DNA from: Owenia fusiformis
Taxonomy: Eukaryota
DNA length: 64,000 bases
Reading direction: 5' to 3'
Assembly (NCBI GenBank): GCA_903813345.2
Contig: CAIIXF020000001.1
Span: 48,298,001-48,362,000 of the forward strand
The notes below the pieces were generated by a model that had not been told where the DNA came from, did not search any database, and saw only the letters and a program-made list of their open reading frames with translations. Shown here piece by piece: positions 26,537 to 37,302 of this stretch (position 1 is the stretch's first letter; the number at the start of each line of letters is the position of its first letter). Position numbers and translations under genes: made by a program.

Positions 26537-29500
26537 CAATACCAGATAAAAAACAAATGGAGGCAAAACATGGAAAGCAAAAGATTGTAGGTGAAAATAT
26601 TTTTCACCTTTCCGATAGGACAGACGATTCTCATGAGAAAAAAGAAGAAAATGAATATGATAAAACTGATCAACAGACTGAAACTAACTTTTATGAGCCA
26701 GTGGATTTATATCAAATGTCAAAAGAAATGCTAGACATTCATCCAGATGAAACGCAAGTAAGAAATTCCTATTTTCCCATTCAAGAGTTTCTGGCACAAG
26801 ACATAATAAACAGAATTTCTCTCATACTCACAGAGTACAAATCAGAGAGAAACATAGATTCCGATACAATTCCAACTTCTTTAGATGAGTTTGAAAGGTT
26901 TGATTTTCGTATATATACTGCAAGATATACAATGTTACGAGATCAAACTATAGCTAGGTTGTGTCAAAGGGAAATGGCTTGTTTTCCAGAGGAATCATAC
27001 AACAATCCAAATGAGCTATATAATAAAGAGGGTAAAAAAAAGGTCAAGACATATGATATGAGTTTTGAGAAGGACTTTAATGAATTCAAAAAACAAGCCG
27101 AGCAAAATCCTAAAATGCTCCACCTAGTTATTGCTGATGAAGCACACTGGGGATCAGATAAATCTACTGAAGAAGTAAGCCGTGCAAATGAAACATTTGT
27201 CAATTCTTGGAAAAATGATAAACATGGTAATGTCATTGTTCTTCAAGTTACAGCTACACCTTTCAACTTATTAAGTGATAACACACGACTTCCAAGCAAA
27301 AAGTACTGTGCAACTAGCATTGTCAACAATGAACTCATTTTGGTCCAGCAATTGGAAAAATCAAAACACTTAATGCAAGGCAACAATATTGTGACTCAAC
27401 TCGTTGGACCAAAAAATGATTTACACCATGTTAGATGGTCTGAAGCATTGAAACACCGCTTAGAGCAAGGTATAGTAGTCACTCTACAAATTCCCCAAAA
27501 GAAAAGTAAAGGTTCTTTTGATCAAGTTTGGCTTGAAGTTAGGAACAAAAAACTCTGTAAAAGCAAAGATTTGAAACCCAGTGAACTTACCATACGAGGT
27601 GAAAATGGAATAGTTAAAGTGAGGCATGGGGGAAATATTCTAGCTGCCATAAAATATGGTAGTAGCACCCATTTAGAGTTTATTGATGAAAATGATTCAA
27701 ACAGATTTAGCACAGAGTTTAACATCAAATTGGAATATGGAGAAGATGTGTTTCAATTGTCTACAAGAACAGAGACAGAACACAAAAACTTCATGAAATA
27801 TTGCCCAAAAGAGGAGTGCATGATACTTGACAGAAAACCAGCTGAAAGTTATCAAGTATTGGGTGGTCTCAAGTTTGTGCAAGACATCCATTACTTGATG
27901 GTGATTGGAATATGCAAGGCTTCACAGCTAGGGACCTTGAATACTAAAAACAAAAGGTATCTTTCCTTGACATTCTACTACAACAGTATAAGAAACAAAG
28001 AGAAAGATGAGCAACTAATCAGATATGACAAAAACTTTTCTGATCTCTCTTCTGATCTCAGTAAGAACTCTGCAACACAAATAAACACAAATCTGGATAG
28101 CCTTCTGGCTTCAGAATATGCTTTCTTCATACTAAGCAATGAAGGACTTCAGTCTTTAAAATTGCAAATTTCCTCACATCAGAGGGTCTCAATTCCCAAA
28201 ACAATTTTTGAATCTTGGATTAAAAAAATCCATAAACTTCGAGAAGAGAGAACAACAACTTTTGCAAAAAATTTGGATGAGAATCATGGGCAAAACCTGA
28301 AATTGATTTTTGAAGAAGTCAAAGATGCCTTGAAGAATATTCCACAAAGATCATTCAACAGTAATATATACATTAGACTCATGAAAAATATCATATATGG
28401 AGACGATTGTGAAATTGGTCCAGATTGTCCAGAAAAGCTTGAGAAAGATCAGTTGCTAGCTGCCTTTGATGTTTGTCTGAAAGAATCCGAAACATTGAGA
28501 ATAGTAGATGATTTGATTCAGGATCAAAGCGCTCTGAAAAGTGGGTTGAAGGGTAAAATGAAAATCATCAGGGCAACTGGTAAAAAAAATGGAGATAAAA
28601 TTTATAAGATTTTGTGTCTAGCAAGAAAGGTAGCTGGTGGGACGGACAAAAACTACATGTTTGAGATTATTCGAGATTATTCCAACTTCCAAATACGCGA
28701 CATTAACAATGAAGATGACACTTCAGCACTTTATCGTATACGGCAAGTTTTACAGACCAATGACTGCCAACATGTAGATGAAAATGAGGAATCAAGAGAA
28801 ATGTGCCAGTGTAAGCGGTTGGAATATGAATCTAAATCGCTTGAATGCAAAAATTGTAAGCATAGACACAAATCAGTGACACAATATTCTGACCTAGAAA
28901 ATCTCCCATGTATTCTTATTCTAGTACAGAAAGGTAGAATGGGTGATACATTCCCTTCAAGTTTAAATACAATGGATTTGAGACTACACTTTCAAGACTC
29001 AAAAAATCCACCCTACTTCAATGCAATAGTGCAGGAACTTGGAAGATTGTGTCGATACTCAGAAGAAATGCCACTCAATGAACTGCCATATGTGCTCATT
29101 GGAAAACATCTATATGAAAACTTTGAAAATTCTCTCGACTCAAGTGCTGTTTACTATGGATACATAGAGCAAAAGCCAAGCATGTTGGATCGCAGATTAA
29201 AAGCTGACAACAAAGCTGGTGGAAAAGGTGCTGATGTAGATAATGAAACAAAGCATTTTAACAGAATACTTCTGAGTGCAGAACCACAAATAGGGAAGAC
29301 CGGCACCTATCTAAAAGTAATTTCACTCATAAAAAAAATTATAAGACAAAATGTGAAACCACAAACCGCTTTGGAAGAATGTACTGTAAGTGATGAGGAG
29401 CTCTCAGATGACAGTACTGACAATGAGAGTGGTGATGAAACAATTCCAGACTCGAAACAAGACAAATCAAAGTTCTGGCTTTATCCACCTCGTAGGATGT

Positions 29501-31572
29501 TTAAGAAGGGGATACTTAAAGCAAAAATAAACTGCCAATCTAAGTATGACCCAATATATGGTCAATACAAACATGGAAAGGAGCCAACCAACAGATTTCT
29601 ACCAAAATACACAAGAAAAGAAACAAATAAAAAAAGCAAAAAGAAGGGAAAAGAAACCAATGGTGAAAACCCATATAGACCAATGACAAGGGTTCACACA
29701 TGCCCAACATGTATGATTGAAGGACTCAACTCTCATGAAGTTGAAATAACAATCCAAGGTCAATGTACTTCAATATCAATACCAAACAGCAGATACTACC
29801 AAGCGAGAGTAATGAAAACACTCAATAAAAAATCATCCCCAGAAATACCAATGGATCCTCCCACTGGAAATGAGCTACAGTCTTGGATATTTACCCCGAC
29901 CTATGGGAGAGCTACAACGGGATCTGTTAATTTCTGTGGGACCATGCGGCTCAAAGACAAATACAGAACCTCTTGTGAGTTCATTCATGTGTTAGTTGTG
30001 AAACAAGAAGAGTATGAAGAATACTGCCTGAATTGGAGAACTACTCATGCCATCTTGAAGCTACCAAATAATATAGAAGATACTGATGTGCACAAAGGAG
30101 GAGTAGGATACAGCAGAAGGTTTATACAGCATTTTGCTGAGGAGTTCCACCTTGATACAATATTCATGATAGATGATAATCTTGCTGCATTTAAGGAGGT
30201 TAAGGAACAAGAAGGATTTTTGGAAAGGAATAATGGAACATTGAAAACAGAAAATATTCCTCTCTATGGAGTACTGAAACATCTAGAAAAAATTGGATCT
30301 GAAAATACCCTTGGGAAATCCACAGAAAACATTATATCAAGTTATTCTGGACCACTGTCGAAATATGGTATAGTTGGAATGATTAAGTTGAGAAAAGGCA
30401 GTCTCAGAGTGAAAAAACCATTCAAGCAAACACATGTACATTCTCTTGTCTTTGTAAATATAAAAGCACTTAAAGCAAAGGGTGTTAAGTACAGACCCTG
30501 GCCTGTGTTTGAAGACTTGAATATGAACAATGATGCTGATAAAGCGGGGCTAAATGTGGTGAAGTTTAGCAGATTCTTTATGGTGAAACGTAACCTGAAG
30601 TCTTGGATCAGTGAAATGTGTACTTACAACCTAGAAGACTTCAAGACAGATAACAGGCTCCCAATGGCTCAAGGATGGGATGACAAACTTGTCAGATGGC
30701 TGAGATGCAACTCACGGCCAAACAAAATAATACAAGTCAAAACAAGAAGGAAACATGAAAATAACATCCATGAGACAAAGGTGGAATGTCTCATAAAGAA
30801 ACTTGAAGGATACAAAACCCAGGATCATAATCAACAACAGATTTTGATCACAAATGTAGAAGGGTCATTGGTTGAAGAGACTATGAAATATTCAATACTT
30901 GACAGGATAAAACCAGATGATAAATGTATCACAATGGTTTTGTTAACCTCTCAGGAAATGCAAATGTTTAGCAAAATACTGAAAGAATCAAAGTATGACT
31001 GCATAATAGTAAGTAGCCACAACATATCGGAATACAATGTTCCATGTGTTTTGTTACATATGCAAAATGCCAAGTATGAATGCAAAGAGGAGACAGATTT
31101 GTCACTAGATAATAGTGTTCAAATTGAAATTGACTCTACAGAGGTAATGAAGGTAGAAATGGACCCACAGACAGAAGAGGAGACAGATTTGTCACTAGAT
31201 AATAGTGTCCCAATTGAAATTGACTCTACAGAGGAACTGTCAAATGGCAGTAAGGAACAGCAAAGTGGGAAAATTAAAATGGAGGAAGAGATGGACATAC
31301 AGCCAGATGGCAACTGGAGTCATTTTTTCTTTAAAAAAATGAAGGAAATAGAAGAAGAAAACGCAAGTTTGAAAAAAGAAAATGCTAAGCTAAAGGAGCA
31401 TAAGTTGCCAGTAGTAGACAAGAACCACAAATATAGATGTAATGACTGTGGAAAAGAGATCATGAATTCATTCTTCCATTGCACACAGTGTGACGACTAC
31501 GATATATGTGTTAAATGCATGACTACATCATCCCATCAACATCCTGTACTGTTTGTTCCTAAACCAAACTGA
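26537..31572 (+). CDS. Terminal 5-kb exon: GREB1-family protein with circularly permuted SF2 helicase/ATPase, TAGT (JGT-like) GT-A glycosyltransferase, coiled coil and ZZ zinc finger
   Basis: Acceptor TTTCAG at 26536 in frame with the 1671-aa ORF. Motifs: IADEAH (27136), VTATP (27250), QKGRMGDTFP (28927), QELGRLCR (29032), AEPQIGKT (29278), IFTPTYGR (29887), GGVGYSR (30097), FMIDDN (30163), FED (30508), and C-x2-C...C-x2-C-x2-YDIC-x2-C...H-x-H (31438-31542). Confidence 0.9.
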
Positions 31573-32509
31573 AGTACAGAAGTTTTCTTCTATTGGCTAT
31601 TGCCAGCAGTACAAACTATGTGTTCATAAAGAATTATTTTCATACAAAGCCTGTCATTATGGACAGGAACCCTAATTATCATTTGAATGCAAAGTGGAAT
31701 CACAAGTGTACCACTACACAATATATATTTTTTGTGAAACTTGCATCATTGTCTGACATAAAGAACTCGCAATACTTAAATAACTTCAGTGAGAATCATT
31801 ATTTGACAAGATAAAACATAGATTTGTAAGAAAAGTGTAGATGCTGATTTCAATTTCATCAGCCTAACTGTAAGGATATAACTGCAATTTTTTACATTTT
31901 GAATGTCAAAAGTATGGAAAAAATTTTTTATTGATTTTATATTGATGAATATTTCCACATACTTAAGGAATAAAGATCAAATTTTTTTGATTTATGGAGC
32001 AATTTATGACTGAAAATTTTATTCTGCTCATCGTTAAAAGACGTCATTCTCGGATGCCCAAACGTGTCAGGAACACATAGATACTCGAATGATCTTGACT
32101 GGACATCAGGGTGCAAAGAAATCATCATTTTTACTGAATGGCTTCACAAAAAAATAAACAGGGTTATAAACCACCTTAATTTCATCTATTCATTGACCAT
32201 AATATATTACTTAGTAGAGTTTCTCACTATTCTACCTATGGGTATTTATTTGAAAGAGAAGTATGAGGATGTCTTCTTGTGTTAGCAACAGCAAACATTA
32301 ATCTCAGATGGATCAACATTCATGATATTGATTACATAATTATAAAATGTCACAAATAGAGTGATAATCCACTTTATCTTATCAATTTCTAAGTTTATAT
32401 TATTGGCCATCATGGGAACAATTTTGTAAATGGTTATTATAAGCAATTCTGAAAGAATATCATACCTTTTTGTTTTCCCGATTTCAGTCATAAATTACGT
32501 CAATATGGC

Positions 32510-32680
32510 GTGCAAACTTAAGTTGAGCACTTAATTAAGCTTAATTAGCTAGATACTAGTAAGCATAATTAGCTTAATAAGCTTAATTCGCTAGATTAGC
32601 TAAATAAGATACAACCATAATCTAGCTAATTAGTAAGATCACCTAATATAAAAACCTAATTAGCTTAATTAAGTGCATAC
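32510..32680. repeat. Short palindromic repeat with TAATTAAGCTTAATTAGC motifs (probable MITE remnant)
   Basis: GCACTTAATTAAGCT at the left end mirrors AGCTTAATTAAGTGC at the right end. Confidence 0.5.
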
Positions 32681-35600
32681 TCAGTTCTCTGCTTATTAGT
32701 ACAATTATTTTAAAAGATTAAGTGTGTAATACAGGGAGGGAAATAAAATAAAATAATCCTACCTTTCTATCAATGTGTCTTTCCCGGTTGGAAATTTAAA
32801 ATGAATAGAATGTATTGTGGTATGTCATGTGACACATGTACCAATGAATCCAAAAGGATTGATCAATTTAAACTAAAACCCATTGGGGAGTGCCTACTTT
32901 GCACTGATCCCCCATTTGTGTAAACAGAAGACTCCCTTAGGCAATTGAAACAATAAAGCACATTATATTACATATAATGTTTATTCATATAAGGCCCATT
33001 AGCCTTGGAAGTTGGAAAATCTATATTTTCTAACTAAATAAATACCTTTATGTGTTAGATGTTCATTTCAAAGTCCTTTTAAATAAATATTTATGTAATA
33101 TAAAACACTCAGTCGGTAAAATAGCAAGAAACTCTCAGAACTAAAACATAATATATAAGGCCTGAAAAGAAATTCAAACATTTAAATGTTCCAATGTACA
33201 TTTACTCTCTATATAACATGTAATTACATTATGTAGTAAATTTGGTATTTGTGTATTTTGTCTAGTTATATTTCTCTAGCATGTTTTTATTTCGAAATGT
33301 TTTAGTTTGTATAACCATGCATTTTTAAGTGCTTTTATCACTATTCACACATAGTTATACATGTATAGGTACTTTATATCATGTTTTGGTCAACCAAAGC
33401 ACAGTATTATATAGCCATTCTTTACTTTACAACATATGAATGGTTATATTGGTTTTGACCTGCATTTACCAAAATTGGTTATCTCATTAATTTCACAATT
33501 TTGAGGGCACATTTTTGCACTTCCCATGTAAACATTTATCTAACAAGCAGACTACTGTATTGTTAAAAATCAAAAGAAGGTATTCAAATAGTTCATTTCT
33601 TAATAGAATTTGCTGACCAAACTATGATTTTCCATCTTTAACAGAATATAACTCGTAGTATGTGGCAGGCGAAAATAAGAAATAGACTTAGAGCGAAACC
33701 ATACACATTTGGAAGAGCCATCTAAAAACTGGTTCTAACTTGGCCAGCGAGTTGTCAAAATTACCTGCCTTCATGACAGGCTGCAGTTGAATTCTATTTC
33801 TTTTTAAAACACTATGTTTGCCATGTGTGACTAGGATTAATGCACAGTATTCAGGCTTTGTGTATGATACTTCTCATTGGTTTATTGTTTGCTAACCGTA
33901 ATACTCAGCTTACTGGCAAGGTTAAAAGAAAGCAACAATAAATGCTTTTATTATTATGAATATTTATATGGATTCTTTCTTCATATGTTTTATATACATG
34001 TACTATATAATATATTATATATATATGATTTATACAATTTTTATATGAACGATATTTGTGCACTCACCATATTAGATAAGATATTTTGTATTGGTTTCAA
34101 TTCCTCATAATCAAGTAAATGTTTTACATTTATCTACTACAATTTAAAAAATTATATATTTCTTGAAGTAAATATTTTATATGATTTCTACAAGTATTTT
34201 ATGATAAAGTTTTAGTGAAATAATGGTTGAGGTTGATAGTTACACATTCATCCTCATTTTATAATGATTTCTTTGATGTCTGTGTCATTGTTTAAATAAT
34301 CACGTCTCAAATAGAAATTATTATAGAGAGAATTACGATATATTATTTGTATATTATTATTGATATGTGAAAATATTGATCAACAATTATGTATAATCAT
34401 TCAGTTTCTTTTTACATATTTTTGTGAAATATTAAATAAAAATTAAATAAAAGAAATTTAAAATGAATATTTGTTGTGTTCAAATATTCAAGGGATCTTG
34501 GGGTAGAGGGTGTTCATTAGCAGATGAGTGAACCACATTCTGAAGAGAAAATATTTCCTCATTTGACTTTTAAAATCCCTCTTTCCTCATTACAGAATGA
34601 GAAACATGAGTGAATAATAAAACAAATGCTTCATTCTTACTTTAGAGAAGTACTTATATTATGTCATTTTCAAAAATACTTGTAAAATCTCCCTGAAGGA
34701 ATGAAATATTTTTTATAAATAAAACACAAGGTTGATGAGCACCTTGTAATCTTGTATTTTAGCTATGATAATATTTGATCAGTTTCTGGAAAAAGTGAAA
34801 ATGAGGCATAGGGGAAAGCTTCCACACAAAAATAATATAAAAACAAAAATAATTCCCAAATGTTGCAAAAGTCTTTTTGGCAATATAAACACCTATGATG
34901 TGACCTGTCATTATATTTGTTTTTTAAATTTTTTCTTGAATAGGGGTCTCATGACCTAAAGGTATTGCCCTATAAAATTTGCATCAAATCTGATATGAAT
35001 TGGTATTTGCATTATCAGACAATTGTGGTGACGAAAATTTCCATCTTAACTCTTATCATATATCCACAATGCATCTGCACATAAAATTCGAACCAAGTCT
35101 TGAAACTGGTATTTGAGTCATCAAAAAACATTATTTTTTATTAATTTGAATTCAGCAGTCATCTTAAAAATGTCTTCTTGAGCCACACGGTGCAAACTTT
35201 GACTGCTAATTTGAATTTTTGACCTACCAGATGTATAACAGAATAATGTAGCAACAGAAAGGCATTTTTGTTATGCTTTGAATAGAACAAGTTTGAAGAA
35301 AAACAGTGCAGTATAAGACTCACAATCCTGGACTTTGGAACATCTGGTAGGTCAAAATCCAAATTCACGATCAAAGCTCGCACCATGTGTAAGCAGAGTC
35401 CTTTGTTTTTAAGGCATCAGCATAAAAGAACCTAATCCATCAAATGGTATTTGAGTTATCAAATAGTTCATGTTTTATAATAAAAGGTCATTTGGAATAT
35501 AGATCGGAGTGACCATATTGGAAATTCCTTCTATCTCAAGATAAATTGACAAAAAAGTAACATGAGTAACATGAACATTGCTTGCACCTTTACCAAGAAA

Positions 35601-37302
35601 TATTTCATATTAACACGGTTACATTTTATACAAAATAATATACATAATATTAATAATATACATTATATACTTTCATTGGGATTAAGAATTCAAAATATCA
35701 AAAAGTTACTCCTTTAGTTTGTTGACCTGCACAGAATAATTAAATTAAGCCCTTTGAATGTGAATTTGTACCAATAGTTCAATAGCCAGTCATAAAGAAG
35801 AGAGATAGATGGACATGAGATTTACACATACTTTATCCCAATCAAACTTCCTTTGTTGGAATGACAATGGGGTTAGAATGACTATGATTTCTAAATTCTT
35901 GTATTTACTTACTAAGGTTTACAGTTGCTGTGTTAACGTAGGAAAGCATGGTGTACTGTAGAAACTGCATTGTAACATTTGACCAGTAAACACGTAGTGA
36001 CAAAGATAGAGCCAGAAGCTGCAGGTAGTGCACAAGAAGTCGAACCTAAAAGCATAAAAGTAAATATAATCTTGCCAGCACCTATGGCTTTTATGCACAC
36101 TTGTATCAGTATGTAACAAGACACACAGTGATAAATATCACACTTTGAAGAGCAAACTGGCCACCATGCAATTTACCCAGCATTGCCAAAACCTAATCAG
36201 ACCTTGGCACTAGTCTGCTCTTGCATCTGTAAACATTTCAAGTTGACAAGGTTAGCGGTTTTCCTGCAATTTTGATGACAAGAATTTATTTGTAGTTTTT
36301 GAAGGTCAACGAAAGGTCAAATCTGAAATCTAAGGTCAGATTTGAACTTCTGAGACATTGTAGATGTTTTTAAAAAAAAAAATTGGTCAATTTGGAGCAA
36401 GTTGAAAAATTCAAAATGGCCGCCAAACTGAAAACTCAAAATGGCCACCATGTAATTCAGCCAGCATACCCAAAACCTAATCAGATCTTGGCAATAGTCT
36501 GCTCTTGCATCTGTAAAAATTTCAAGTTGAACGGATAAGTGGTTTTCCTGGAATTTTGATGACAAGATTTGTTGAAAAATTCAAAATGGCCACCACGTAG
36601 TTTACCCAGCATGCCCTTAACCTAATCAGATCTTGGTACTAGTCTGCTCTTGCATCTGTAAAAATTTCAAGTTGAACAGGTAAGCAGTTATCCAGGAAAG
36701 GAGGGCGAGTTGTTTGTAGAATGAATCGGGGGATTTTTTTCATGAATTTCGCTTATGTTTTTCATCCAAAAAACATCAATACACTTTAAAACATTTTGTT
36801 TACTTTAAGATTACACCATGTAATCCAAAAATATATTTCTCATTTTCAAAGATAATCCATGGATTAACACCCAGGTATTTTTATTTTTCAATCTTCAGAG
36901 GGCTGGGAATCAATGATGCTCAACGCTTTTGAATACGATAAATGCTGTTTTAAATAGGTTTTACGTATGCCAATAATTTCTCAAATTATGTAAGCTGAAT
37001 GCATTCCTTAATCCCTAGAATGCCTATCATAATAACATTCTTTTGTCTTGGCCACTTAATATGTTTTGTTGCTGTCTGATCATCAAATCAAATTGTTGTT
37101 ATTTAAAGATGTCAGTCAAATCTGGTGAAACAGCACAACATTTACCTAAATAGCACGAGTACATATTATGTAACTCATTCATAATATTTCATGCATCAGG
37201 TATTAAGGCTTAGGGGATTAACTTTTACACATAAACTGAACTGACAGATGTGCACGCTTACATGTACAACTTCCAGGATTGTAAGAATTCAAAACTTGTT
37301 GA

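Noticed and set aside
26557..26559. ATG at 26557 as the true start of a single-exon gene
   Set aside because: A good acceptor (TTTCAG, 26536) lies 20 nt upstream in an open frame and phases with upstream exons, so the ORF is more likely a terminal exon.
26557..29400. Bacterial restriction-enzyme helicase or contaminant
   Set aside because: Spliceosomal introns, eukaryotic ZZ and CXC fingers and animal transposon context; motif order is permuted rather than canonical.
26964..31313. Antisense ORFs within the large exon (and likewise 59924-60633 within LINE ORF2)
   Set aside because: Short shadow frames of the real coding strand, with no motifs.
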